Source of the DNA: Lytechinus pictus
Lineage: Eukaryota
Assembly: GCF_037042905.1 (NCBI RefSeq)
Contig: NC_087245.1
Span: 38,628,001 to 38,692,000, forward strand
Direction of reading: 5' to 3'
DNA: 64,000 nt
Of the stretch, positions 12,625 to 25,919 are shown one piece after another. The notes below the pieces were generated by a model, which saw nothing but the letters and a program-made list of their open reading frames with translations, searched no databases and was not told the origin of the DNA. How positions within the stretch are numbered: the stretch's first letter is position 1; the number at the start of each line of letters is the position of its first letter. Position numbers and translations under genes: made by a program.

Positions 12625-13927
12625 TTAATGACGAGTGTAGAATGTGGAAACGCAACTGCAATGTTCGGCGAGCCCAAAGAAACAAACTTTATTGAATGTA
12701 ATACTTTATCGCCTGACTTCACAATCAAATATCTAAGACATGGCAGGACTTGAATGCTTTAAATATGTTCATTTTCTGGTTGGGTTCACTAACTTTTGAG
12801 CACCACCGTACTGTATTATGTACAGGAGATAGTTTCCCAAAAAAATCAAACAGATCTGCCATAAAGCAAGTGCCTTCCATATCTATTATTTATTGTTTTG
12901 CTCTAGCATTTTAGTCATTCATGGGATTTTAATCCGATGAGTGCATGTCTAAAAGCTTCAGTATGTCTGTTGTAAGGCTATTTTACGATAATAAATGTTA
13001 GTAAGTGCGACTCTAAGTAGAGTTAAGTCATACCCCAAGATCCAACCTTGTTCACTGAATAAATGCCCAGATCCAGCTCATCAATTACTTAGCATGATTA
13101 GTTACGAACAAACTACAGCTGGCAGCCGTCTGTTTCGAGGAGTTTTTTAACATTTTCATTTTTTTTTAATTTCTCCTCATACACAGACGGCTCGCGATCG
13201 TGCAGCTGCCATTAGGGGGTTAACAATGCAAAATCCCCCAACGGGGCTCATTCATAGATTTTTGTCTTTATTTCATAAAAATATACAAAAAGAACTGGAC
13301 CAAAATTAAGATTATTATTTCGTTTTGGCCTGAAATGCACCAAAATGGGGAAAAATAAACTTAAATTAAAAGGAAAAAAACTTTAAAAAGTGACTTGCTT
13401 CGGCTGTCGCGCAACTCCCACTTCCCTGGTTTATCTGAACTTAATACATAAACATATGGCCATTGAGTCCCTGTACAGATCGAGTTAGAACTTCAGTCTC
13501 TGTAATAATTAGTGAGTGGAGCCAACGGAGTTGAGCTTCAGCCAAACAAATATAACAGAGACAGAAGCTTTTATTTTTGTTTTAAGTTTTGGTCTACAAG
13601 TACAATAGTACTACAAACAAACATGCCCGATAATATTTAATAAATTAAAATAAATGTTCATCCGAGCATTTATTTTTTTTCAGTCTATGCCCATAATCAA
13701 ATTAATATGGCACAGTCACACAATGTTGTGATGATCGCGATCGTGATCTTGGCCATTTCATTTCAGGCCAAGGCCAATGGCAATGCCGTATTCCCAGGCC
13801 AAGGCTACGGGCAGAGCCGGGGGCAGGGCCTGGCGGACATGGGCCATGCCCATGGCGGAGCAAAGGATAAGCTGGTGCGGAAATTCCAACCTCAATGTGC
13901 ACCTGCCATTTATTATTACTAACTCAC

Positions 13928-14140
13928 CGGATCTGTTTGTTTCCCTTCTTACAGTCAAAGTTTTATCTCTGTATATCATCCAAACAATGTCAACATTCGA
14001 AATGTAAATAAATGTAAACTATCTCATTTCTTCCCACAATTTTGCTGCCCATGATTGATCTACAAAAGGCGCAGCAGACGTACGTGACGTGATCGATCGA
14101 AAGGTCCTTGTCACATGCTAATATTCTTTGTCACGTGATA
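13928..14140 (-). promoter_or_regulatory. Probable non-coding first exon and promoter of the OSBPL1A-like gene
   Basis: Strong minus-strand donor CCG|GTGAGT at 13928/13927; ACGTGACGTG and GTCACGTGA motifs at about 14082-14139; the coding exon has its own acceptor upstream of the ATG. Confidence 0.45.
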
Positions 14141-14196
14141 TTCAGGAAATGGTATATTCTTTCTGATCTGGGATAGTCAGAGGGATTTTTTATAGA

Positions 14197-14496
14197 GGGG
14201 CCGATTTCACGAAAGGGTCTTTCCAAGGACCGTCTTTCGTGTCGCCCATCTTTTATGACGCACTGTATGCTGGATAATTCTTAAATGTACGATAAACAAA
14301 TAAAATTTGTTTGCTAGCATTTAAATCAATTTGTATACAATTTCATGATATAGCACATCATTATGTAAATAAAGATTTGAATAAAATATGTTTGCAGGTA
14401 ATTTATTTAAAATGCGTTTAATTCACATGGCGCATCTTAATAAATGGGCGACACGAAAGACGGTTCTTGCAAAGACCCTTTCGTGCAATAGGCCCC
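14197..14496. mobile_element. MITE with ~60-bp TIR
   Basis: GGGGCCGATTTCACGAAAGGGTCTT...AAGACCCTTTCGTGCAATAGGCCCC. Confidence 0.75.
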
Positions 14497-14951
14497 ATAT
14501 CTCTATGAGAGATACTGATAATATATCTCTATATATGGGGATAGGATTCTCTTCTCGGGGGGGGGGGGGTCCTCAAGGGTAGGGCTAGGGAAGGAGGAGT
14601 GGGTCACTGCATGGGTGTTGATCCCGGATAGCCTGGATTATATTCACGGTAGAGGGCCGTCACGTGATGATATGATAATGAAGATAGTAGAATTAAGGGA
14701 ATAGAATATATTTTCAGTTCCAGGCCCGGATCCAGCTTTTGCCAATAGGGGGAGGTAGCAGAAAGATATTTTCATCCAGCTGATTTGGGGTTAGTTTTTT
14801 CGAGGGGGCATGCATGCATGCAGTCCTATAAACTTTTTGAGTACATTTGATATATCTCAGCTTTACTCTCAATTAAGCAGAGCCTTAATAAATCATGCGA
14901 GTGCAATTAATACCCGAACGGCATATTTATGGTTATATTCCCGGGATTTAA

Positions 14952-15534
14952 AGGAGAATGAAACCCTTGAAACCAGCTGAATCCATATCAAAGAGAAAAA
15001 TCAAAGAAACATTTTGTTGAAAGTTTGAGGAAGATTGAATGAATAATAAGAAAGTTATGAGCATTTGAATATTGAGATCACTAGTGCCATGTAGATCCTC
15101 CCATCGGCAATGCGACCAAGATCTGTGATATCACACACGTACAACTCCCTCATTACTTTGGTACTTATTTCACTTATATTCTCACTTTTATAGAGTCTAT
15201 CACAAGGTGAGGTGTTCTCTTTATGAGATGACAAGTACAGAGGTTTCACAACATTATATCATTGATGAATCGTTTGTCATATGATTAGAATGAGCAAAAA
15301 GAAATGTTTTGGGGTATATTTTCAGTGTCCAAATGGGAGAGTTGTACGTGTGTGACATCACAGATCTTGGTCGCATTGCCAATGGGAGGATCTCCATAGC
15401 ATTAGTGATCTCGACATTCAAATGCTCATAACTCTTTTATTGCTAGTCCTATTTTACTCAAACTTTTGTTGATCTTATTTTTTGATTTTTCTGCTTTCAC
15501 AAAAGCTAACTTGCTCCAAGTGTTTCATTCTCCT
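14952..15534 (-). mobile_element. Non-autonomous TTAA-flanked DNA transposon (Kolobok-like), copy 2, inverted relative to copy 1
   Basis: Reverse complement of 12044-12624 at high identity (near-identical spurious ORFs 12327+ and 15055-), TTAA on both sides. Confidence 0.8.
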
Positions 15535-15667
15535 TTAAGGAATAATTTTTTAATTCACAACATTTCAAAACTTATTTATTTCTGGAGTTTGGATTTTATG
15601 TTTGGCTATAACTTGCAGATATTTCCATCGGAGCAATTTTCGCCGGAGCAAATGTAAGGTGCAACCA

Positions 15668-15950
15668 TCTTTATCTTTCTATCTATCTATCTATCTATTT
15701 AATATCTATCTATTTATATATCTTTCTATCTATCTATCTATATATCTATCTATCTATTTTTCTATCTATATCTATCTATCTTCTATCTATCTATCTATCT
15801 ATTTCTTCTTCTTCTTTTCCTTTCTTTCGTTCGTTTGTTCATTTGTCTGTTCATTTGTTTCTTCGTTCGCTCGCTCATTCACTCGTTCGTTCATTCATTT
15901 GTTCATTCAGTCAGTCAGTCATTCATTTATTCATTGATCATTCCGTTCAT
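15668..15950. repeat. (CTAT)n and (CATT/CGTT)n microsatellites
   Basis: Direct tetranucleotide repeats. Confidence 0.9.
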
Positions 15951-15983
15951 TTAGGCCTACTCACTTTAGTTCAAATACAATCA

Positions 15984-16551
15984 AAGGACAAGTCCACCCC
16001 ATCAAAAAGTTTATTTGAATAAAAAGAGAACGTTCCAACAAGCATAACACTGAAAAAAGTTATGACATTTTAAAGTTTCGCTTAATTTCACAAAACAGTT
16101 ATATGCACATCCTGGTCGGTATAAAAATGAGGAACCTAACGATGTCATCCACGTCACTATATCTTTTGTATTTTATTTTATGAAATGTGAAATATTTTAT
16201 CTCCTCATTGTCAAGTGAAACAATGATTAATTCCTCCATGATCATGTGGAAGTAGCATATTATTTAATACTATATGGTTCAGTCAAGTTGGTCCTTATTG
16301 TCAAAACTGTAAAAAATGAAATATTGTAGAATTCAAACAATAAAAAACAAAAGAAATAGTGAGTGAAGTACATCATCGACTGTCTCATTTGCATGTCACT
16401 GAGTTGTACATAATCACGGTTTTGTGAAAAATAAGCGAAACTTTAAAAAGTCATAACTTTCTTGTTTTACCTCCGATTTTGATGAAATTTTGAAAGTTAT
16501 GCTAGTCTGATTTTTCTCTATTATTGATTTTTTTTTTTCTGGGGTGGACTT
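15984..16551. mobile_element. Non-autonomous DNA transposon (Kolobok-like)
   Basis: AAGGACAAGTCCACCCC...GGGGTGGACTT ends; internal inverted AAAGTTATGACATTTTAAAGTTTCGCTT arms. Confidence 0.65.
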
Positions 16552-16727
16552 AAGTAAATTATCTCTGGCCTTAGCTCTCATGCAGCATTGAGACTACAAA
16601 GAAGAAAAATGCAAAGATATGCGATAAAAAATAATGTATGAAAATAAGATTAGAGCAAAAGTACTGGAAACACAACAAAAGCTACAATATCCCCCCCCCC
16701 CCCAAAAAAAAAAAGATGCGCTAATAG

Positions 16728-16800
16728 CAGACGACGCCGGTCGTCGCGATATCGGGTAGTCGGGTACCCGCGGCCGCGCGCGCGCAATACCGGTATCGCC
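16728..16800 (+). promoter_or_regulatory. CpG-rich probable PIGS core promoter
   Basis: Dense CpG patch (gacgacgccggtcgtc...cgcggccgcgcgcgcg) about 100-170 bp upstream of the ATG, in an AT-rich background. Confidence 0.45.
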
Positions 16801-16902
16801 TGGAAAATTTGTAGATTTGACCGAGTCTGAGTCTGAGACTGTGAGACTCTGAGTGAAATTTTGGCGTAAATTGCTGATTCAGCATTTATTTGCTCCTCAA
16901 CT

Positions 16903-16939
16903 ATGGCTAAACAAGGGTCAGAACGCGAGGAGAGTTCAG
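16903..16939 (+). CDS. PIGS: PIGS exon 1 (probable start)
   Basis: [21 protein letters not shown] donor, phase matches exon 2, downstream of a CpG-rich patch. Confidence 0.65.
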
Positions 16940-19900
16940 GTAAATAAGATAAAATTATAACTTTGTTAAATATTTTTTCTAGTGTCGATTAATTAAGTTC
17001 CAGCTACCAATCAGTATCTCAGTGACCTTCGGTCCCATGTGTGGAGATTGGTGTAACGTATGCGCGTCTTTCTTGTAATAAGTTGTTAAACTTAAAAATT
17101 AAGACTTTGTGTGTCATATGTTAGCTATAGAGTAGGGCCTAGACCTTATCGCAAATGGATATACGCAAAGGATCACGGGACCCCAGCTTGCATGCTTCCT
17201 CTTTCTTTCTTTTTCTTTCTTCCTTCCTTAATTTTTAATCCTTACTTGCTACCTTTCTTTCTTTCTGGCGAAGTTTCTCTTTTTTCGTTTCTAATTCTAT
17301 CCTTTCTTCTATCTTTCCCGCTTGCCTTTTTTGTTCCATCTATCTTTTCAATCTTTCCTAGCTTTCTTTCCTGATCTTTTTTCTCTCTCTCTATGTTCAT
17401 TATTCTTTGTTTCCTTTGCTTTGTTTTCTTGTACTTTCCTTCTTTCTTTAAATTTCTTCATTTTTTTTTTTGCTTCCTTGGCTTCTCCCTTCCTCTCCTT
17501 TTTCTTTTTCCGAAGTTTTTGTTCTTTCTTTCTTTTCCTTCTTCCATTATTTTCTTCTTTTTAAAAAATTCTCTCTTCACTTCATTCTTTCCTTCCACTA
17601 AAGTTTCATCCTTTCGTTCTGTATCTTCTTTCCTTCTCTTTTTCCTTATTCTTTCTTTCCTTTTTTCCTTCCTTCCTGAAATTCCCCTTTCTTTCTTTCT
17701 TTCTCTTTCTTTCTTTGTTTTCTTTTTTTTCTTAAAAAAAATGCAGGAAATCTTTTTTCTTCATTCTCTCTTTCTCCTCTTTTTCTTACTTTCTTCCTCC
17801 CCCCCCCCCCCCCCCGGCTTTTTTATTTCTTTCCATTCTTTCTTTCACCCATTAATTCATTTTCCCTTTCTTTCGTTTTCCTGTTCTTTTCTTTCCCTTT
17901 TTCTTTATTGATTTCAAAGAATGGAGGAAACCTTTTTTTTTCTTTCCTTTATTCTTTCTTTCTTCTCCATTCATCTCTTTTCTTTCCTTTTTTTTCTTTC
18001 TCTCCTTCATCCTTTCCTTCACCCATTCATTCACCTTCCCTTTTTCTTTCTTTCTTTTTTTCTTTTCTTTCTTTTTTCCTTCCTTCCTTCCTTTCCTTCT
18101 TTTTTTAGTTATTTTCAGTGATTCCCCTTTTTATTTTGTGTCACGTTCATATACAAAAGCACATGAAAATATATGAGGGAGAAAATTAATCAAATGGTGT
18201 ATTGACACCAATTTCGGTCATAGGAGGTAAAATCACTCCTAGTACCAATGAGGTCCAAACATTACATGTATGGACCTCATAGGCGACATAAGTGATAAAA
18301 CCGGTTAGACATTGCCGTTTCTATTTGCACCCAAGGACTTTGGCAAATGTACGCCTTAATACAAATTGGATGGTAAAATTTTTGGTATGAATTAGTTTTA
18401 AACATCATAAATAATCTTTTACAATGTTTAAAAGTTAATGGATTGAGGTTAAACTTACATTTTCAGTCTTTTTTCTTGAATTCTTGGTGAGCGTTCCAAA
18501 CGCTGTGAGGACTGATCAACTCCGATGTGATTCACGTACTGGTCAGCTGATCGGTCAGGTGATCGGTTGTTATCGGTTGGTTATCTTATTGTCAGACGTT
18601 CATAATTTATATTACAATATATCAATCTTCAGTATCTTGATTTCAAGCATCAGTATTGCAGAGAAAAGTCATTATACTAGATTGGAATCAGTGGCAGATC
18701 GGGGGGGGGGGGGGTTGAGCATTTCTGGCCTGTTCCACCTTTTGAGATTCATAGTCAATATTTTGGATGTAAAAAAGAAAATATGTCGTTCATACAAAGT
18801 TATGTCCCCCCCCCCCCCCCCACCTAGCTCCCTTATGAGAATCACAGCAATATTTGTAATGGGGATATTTTGTTCATATTCTTTGCCCTTTTTTGCTTCT
18901 CAAATTTATTTTACTTTGAACAATATGACTTTCTATATTTAGTGACAAACTTTTTTATGGGGGGGTGGGGGGCTTGCCAAATATAACGCAGGACAAGATG
19001 ACCTTCTTTTTTTAGTGACAACTTCTTTTTTTTGTCAAATTTTACGAGAGACAAAATGACCTTCGATCATTATTAGTTAAACCTTTTTTTTTGGGGGGGG
19101 GTAGGGGGCTCGCCAAATAGTGACACACTTTTTTGTAAAATTTTACGCAAGAAAAAATGATCTTCAATCATTATCAGTTACCTTTCATTCGTTTTTTTTT
19201 GGGGGGGGGGGGGCTTGCCAAATTTTATGTGGGACAAATGACCTTCATTTTTTAGTGATTTTTTTTTTATACTTGACAAATTTTAAGAGGAACAAAATGG
19301 CCTTCAATCATTTTTAGTTAGAACCTTTTTTTTTTGGGGGGGGGGGGCTTGCCAAATATTTCACAGACAAAATGAACTTCAATTTTAGTGACCAGCTTTT
19401 TATTACTTTTAAAATTTCACGCAGGACAAAATGACCTTCACTTTTTTTTTTATGTTAACCTGGGGGGGGGGGCTTGCCAAATATTACACGGACAAAATGA
19501 CAGTATTTTATTTTTAGTGACCATTTTTTTAAATACTTTTTTTCAAGCTCGTCAGGGGGGCAGGGATACGTCATTTGCATGGGTTGTGACTCATCGGGGG
19601 GGGGGGGGGCAGTGTCTGCCCCCCCTTGCTCCCCCCCCCCCCGTAGGTACGCTAGTGCTCGGGACCTACATTACGTAACTTTTATCTTCCACATATATAT
19701 ATATATATGCCCCCTCTTATATACCCCTGTTATGCCCCTGCACAGACTCGTCTACATTGATTTCGATATTTAAGCGTCATTATAAAATTATAACAAAATG
19801 AGCGCCTTGATTAAAGGCCATAAAGCCTAGAGACTCGCGAGCGTCATGTGACAACTCGCCCTGGATTTGCATGTGCAGGATCCTATGGCGACAACAGCCG

Positions 19901-22900
19901 TCGCAAGAGTTGGCCAGAAGAGGCAATGAAAACACAAAATTTGGAAAGAAAAGAACCGATGAGTACCCATTTTACATTATAATTAGGAAATTAATATATA
20001 ATGAATAAGTTAGACCTGAATTTAGGCCGTAATTTATATGAATGGGCTGGAAATTCAAGGCCAAAACGTACCCGTCTGGCGTCGCCTTTTCCAACACGCG
20101 TTGGAATAGCGGTGTCGCCCCAGAGTGGGTAAAATAACTTTGAAAAAAAAATTTCACAAGGTACAATAGTTCACGTTAAAAAGAGAGGAAAGAGGCAATG
20201 GTATATAACCGTAGTACTTACTTTGAAGCGGTAAAACATTATTTTGAAGGATTTTTTCGGGCAAGTATTTCCCAACTATTTAGAAATTCACTTGCCCGAC
20301 TGGGCAAGTGCTTCTAAAAAGTTATGTAGCACCCTGCTCTGCCTCTGGCACTCACACGTATTGCGAGGTTAGCATAGTATACTACTCTGGGGAATCTTGA
20401 TTTAAGCTACACCTACCATTGTTCTCTTCGACTTCATCCATTTCTTTCACTATAATATATATATATATATATACAGTATATATTTGTTTTATCATTGTTA
20501 TTGTTTTGTTTTTTATGTCTTGACATCGTTAGACAGGAATAACCGTCGTTTCTGGGGATTTATTTAACAATTTCAGACATTTTACTATCATCCCCATTAA
20601 CCGACGGTAGTGTATTAGTGCGAGCCTGCATGTGTAATCGGGACCACCAATTCGGGCGACCACGTTTTGTCTAGATTTTTATTTATTTTTTTATTCTAAA
20701 TGACATTATATTATCTTGAACGAAGGCCCACTAATTTCTAATCTTTCTTTTGATAATATACATATTCTAAGAAAATATCAAAAATATACATTACCGATGA
20801 TTTATTCCTTATTTCTGGAATTTTCTGCCGGAGAGGAAAAAATGGCAGCCGTGTGTTGCTGCCCTCTACGTTGAACGAGTTGTGCTTTTATCAAGGCTTT
20901 CCGATTAAATTTTCGATATCTTGGCGGACTTGGCCAATCAATGCGAGCGACAAGTTCCTAACTCTCTCTTAACTGATCCCTCCACTTTGGAGATTCCTGG
21001 AGTCCAGATGGAATGTAAATGTATGTAATCACAGATCCGATTTTAGGAAATTTCAAGAGACGTAGAACGGGAGGTATGGATTTTGTGAAGAAAAAAGAGG
21101 GATAGTAGGAGTAAGCTATTGTGAACTTAAGATGACAAGCAAGGATGTTAGGATAATAAGGTGGCACATCTACAAGCGCAAAGCAGCGACACAAATCACG
21201 ATATATAGCAACTGGTAAATACATCTGTAAGGATGATGACGTCATCCAAGATGGCAACTTACGTTGACCAACGAAAGGATCGAAGATGCCTGTTTTTATC
21301 ATCATTTGAAAGGAATTAGCAGTAACTGCGGTCTGAGGTACGATATTTCTGAATTTTATATATTTTTTCGTAAGTTTGGATGTAGTTTCTTTTTTATAAT
21401 GTGACATTTTATGTACCAAAAAAATAATCCGAAAATCGGGTTTCCGCCGAATGTTAGATCTATCGTTACTGCTAATACGTTGTCTGCACGTACGGGCCAA
21501 CAACTCTTCAATCTATGTATTGGTGAGTGGAGCCAATGCAGTCCAGCGGATTGACAACCAAAATACAGAGACTGAAGCTTTTGGTCTATGTAATCAATAT
21601 CTCATCTCCTTTATTTCAGCTGGTTGGAGTGAAACCGTTGCTGCTATAGTTGTAGGTGTCATGTGTGTTGCCTTTGGAGTTCCTTTGTGGTGGAAAACAA
21701 CAACTACTTACAGAGCATCTCTTCCATATAATGATATTGAACAGGTCTTTAAACAAGAGGTAAAGTGCTTCTCCCTCTCATGGAATATGACAGTTATAGA
21801 AATTTTGATTTGATTGTGGATTTCAAAAGTTGGGAAATTTGGGGTCATCAATCAGTTGGTTTATTGAAGTATGTGTGTTAATTGTCATAAAAACGTAGAT
21901 GTGCTTGTGAATCTCTGAAATTATTGTGCAAATGTGGATGAGGTTACTGAAACTAATAAAATCTACAATTTTACTTTATAAATTTTGGCAGGAGATAGAT
22001 TGTTTGAATGCAAATTTTTTTTTTAGCCATGTAACAGCATATAAAATATTGCTATTTGCGTGATCGATTCTTTATACCAAAACATTCACAGATTATTGAT
22101 TCATGCTGCAAAATATTGATCTGATCAATCACAACTATGGAAAGCCAGCAAAGTCAACATATAAAATGCACGTTTGTTTAAAAAAAAATCTAGATATGAA
22201 TATATATCCATAAATTAATTGATTTCTTGACAATTTGGTGTGGTCTCCTTTGTTTACAAAGGACGTTGTGCAAATTTCCTTGGAGAAAAATTTATGACAC
22301 TGATGGATTTCCATAAAGTTCAAATTGATTGGATCAATCGTAACTCTTTGTAAGACGGGGCCCTGGTCTACATGTTTGTTGCAAAGTTGTAAAGATGGAA
22401 CCCATTTTCTTGATTAAGAGACATTACCGGTAAATGATTCTCATGTCAACCTTTCAGACAACATGCAAGATTCCCATAACACTGGTTTTGTGCAGTCAAC
22501 AGTCAGATAGTGGCTCATCAGTAAAGGAGCTGGAAGCACAGCTGGCAAGGTCTTTGATGTCAGGTAAGTAGTAGTAACCGGACTAACTTGAGAAAAAAAA
22601 CCCACCTACTTTTACATTTTTAATTCAATTTTGAATTTAAAAATCATGCCAATTGATCTTAATTTCATAATCTTTTCTATTTTCATTAATTTGTTTTACA
22701 AAAAGTGAATAAAATTAACAAATGGCACAATCTGGACTTCCCTTAGTGACCTGGGACACAAAGGCCATGGACTAGAATTCTGAGGTTAAAGGTAAATGCT
22801 AGTTTTGGTAAGCATATAAAAATGAGTTCGTACAGAATCCAATGAAATGACCACCAAAATGTCTGTTTGTATGAATAAAACGCATGTGCCAAAGGATTCT

Positions 22901-25887
22901 GGAAGAAATTGTGTAATTGCTGAGAAATCAGCAAATAAGCACAGGATTCGGGTAGAGCGTCGGGCCCGACGCTCAAAGCAATAATTATACACAGTCCCAC
23001 GTGCGCTTATCTGTGTTGGGGAAGTTCAGTCTGAACATTTTTCAGCGTAGATTTCAAGATTTCACAAAGTTCAGTTCATGTAACTGTACCAGATCTAGAT
23101 CCTCGATGATATACTGACAATTAAGCCTGGTTTTACAGACTTTCTCATGAAATCAGTGTTTACTGCAACTACTGGAATTTCTCTTTAAGGCGATTTAGTT
23201 GTCCCCAAGTCCGCGGCCGCACTCGATTATTACAACACTGCAAATGATTTTCCATTTTAAAATAGTTTGATCTATTGATATGTTGTCACCTTCGTATTTC
23301 TGCAATAATTGCTGGCCTTGTTTTGCTTTGTCTGGCCTTGCCCTGGCCTAAAACTAGGAAAAGGTCAAGGACTTTAGATGCCCAAGGTCAAGGACTAGGT
23401 ATCAGCGGCCAAGTCTACTTTCCTTGAGCATAATGATCTTCACCTTGAATGAATTAGAGATAAAATCTTATCTTGACCTTGATCCAGACAGGAATCATAA
23501 ATTTGACTCACTACTTTTTTAAATGCTGAAATATATCATTTCTATGAGAATCTGTTCTCTCTGATTATCCCCATTTTGATCATCTTACAGGACAAGATGG
23601 GAGATCTTCTCTTAGTATGCAATACTCCATTTATTCCAGGAATTGTTTGACAGCCGAGAGGAGATTTATGGAAGAATCATCATCAGTAGAAGGTAAAGGA
23701 AGTACATGTAGTTCAGATAGATTTCAACTGACAGAGAGCTCTAGGAATTCTGTAGAACTGAGTTCAAACCATTTTTTTTTCAAACGTATGTGTAATTTGG
23801 AATAATTAGCTCTTTCAAATTTGATTAACCGTTTAGGCTGTTGGAGAAATATATCTACAAAGTCTTGTTCAGTCCTTTCTTAAGCCTGCTACACAAAATA
23901 CATTTTGTGTCACAGTTGTAAAAAATTGGAAAGAATATTTTGTGAGGTACCAGAAATATCCCCTGCAGATATATATGGCCTGTTGATCTTAGACAAGGTG
24001 CCATTTGGGTAAAATGTGATTTGGAAAACCTGGAAATGGTGATTATTACCAATATCATGATTATAATGAAGATGATAATGATTTCATATTGATAATAATA
24101 CATAATGATTTAATATTACGGATAATTATAAAGTAGTAATGATAGTAATGATAATGATATAAACATCAATCAAATTTATTATGCCAGTGACTCAAGCAGT
24201 TTGTCTTCGTCATGTCTCTTTTATTCAGAGATAAAACTTGCAGTTGTCTTTATACATAGCATATTCTTATTCATGTGCTTCGTGCATCACTAATAGGCTT
24301 CAAACTAATAGTGATGAATATAGTGATGATGGAGATGGTGATGGTGTAGTGATGATTCATTAATTCATGATAATGATGTTAATAATGATGTTCATGTACA
24401 ATTATTGATGAATCAATGTTACAATTCATGCCATGTCTCTTTGTTTGTAGACATAAATACATAGACTTCACTTTGTAATATTTTTCTGTAATGTTTTTTT
24501 TTTTCTTCCCTACAGAATTTGACAGGAAACTGTCTACTCTGCACCAGGACTCTGTTGGTCAGATCACTTTGTATATCTTGGAAGATTCCTCGGTCTACTT
24601 CCAAGACAAGAAGATAAATATTCATGTGGGGCAACATAGAGCTATTTACATCAAAGGTAAAGGTGTCTGTTTTTTTTTTATGGGGGGGGGGGGTTCAGGG
24701 TATATTTGGATAGTCAGTTACTTTGAAAATATGCATTCACCGGCAGCAAACGTTCAGGAAAAGTTTCATGACTTGTCGATTTGTTCCAACTTCAATACAT
24801 ATTTTCATTTTATAGAAAAAATAAATTTTTAGGTGTTAATAATTTTTGCATGATAGGAAACCTATGAAAATCTTCAATGGTAGGTTTGATACATCAAAAT
24901 ATTTTGATAATGTTCAGCTGCAAGTTCATTACATTTCACTTTTCTAAATATTATACTTCGCAAAAAAAGTAATTGCATTTTTGTTGTAAGTGTTTTCCAT
25001 CCATCTCTACATCTTTCCATACCAAGGATAAAACAAGTGGGTTTTTTTTTATTGAGACTTAAAAATCTTTTGAAACACCTCCAGGTTCAAAGCTAGAAAC
25101 TCCTATAGAATTGACAGCAGAATTGATCAAGACTGTGATTGTGTCTGAAGCCAGTCTGGACAAACATTACAAGACTGCCAGAGGTGTCATACACACAGTG
25201 GTTAGTATGCATATGCAAGCAGATGATGAAGATTGTATTGGCATTGTTAGTGCCTCATATGGTGACTGGCTGGAACACTCCACAGGGAGTGGAGGATGTG
25301 CATGCATTGTGCGTAGGAATGACTGATTGAATCCAATGACTGGGGTAATAATATACCTGTAAGCATTTAGATATGTACAGTGTATGTCTATAGTGCCTTA
25401 TTTAAAACTCAATTATTATTTTTCAATTTTTTTTTTCATGTACCCGGTAGTTGTAGTTGAGATTTTTTTCCACTTTACTTGTAATGCATGGTCTGTGAAG
25501 TTGATCGAAGGCACAGGTGACTTTGCCCCATAACAGTAATCAGTTAGATCTTAGCTGGATATTAAAGTAATAAAGAAACAATAAGAGAGGGAGGGTGAGG
25601 GCAGGGAAGGAAAAGGTGGTAAGAGGAAAGTTGAGTGAGGTTTTCTGCATTTTATGCTTGAAATTAAATTTCTCATTCTATTTCTAATTTCTTTATTTCC
25701 TTTTGGTCCAAGTCCGTCATGATAATGGTGATAGTAATGATGAAAATGATTATGATTATGATGTTGTTGATGGTTGAGGTGATGATGGTGATGATAATGA
25801 TGATGATGATGCATATGATGTTGCATATGATGATGATTATGATGATGATTGATGATTAAGATGATGTTGCATATGATGATGATGGTG

Positions 25888-25919
<32 letters not shown>

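Noticed and set aside
17111..18121. Phe/Leu/Ser-rich membrane-like ORFs
   Set aside because: Polypyrimidine low-complexity tract
20958..21503. 181-aa minus-strand ORF in PIGS intron 1
   Set aside because: No recognisable domain or splice context; overlaps a promoter-like region
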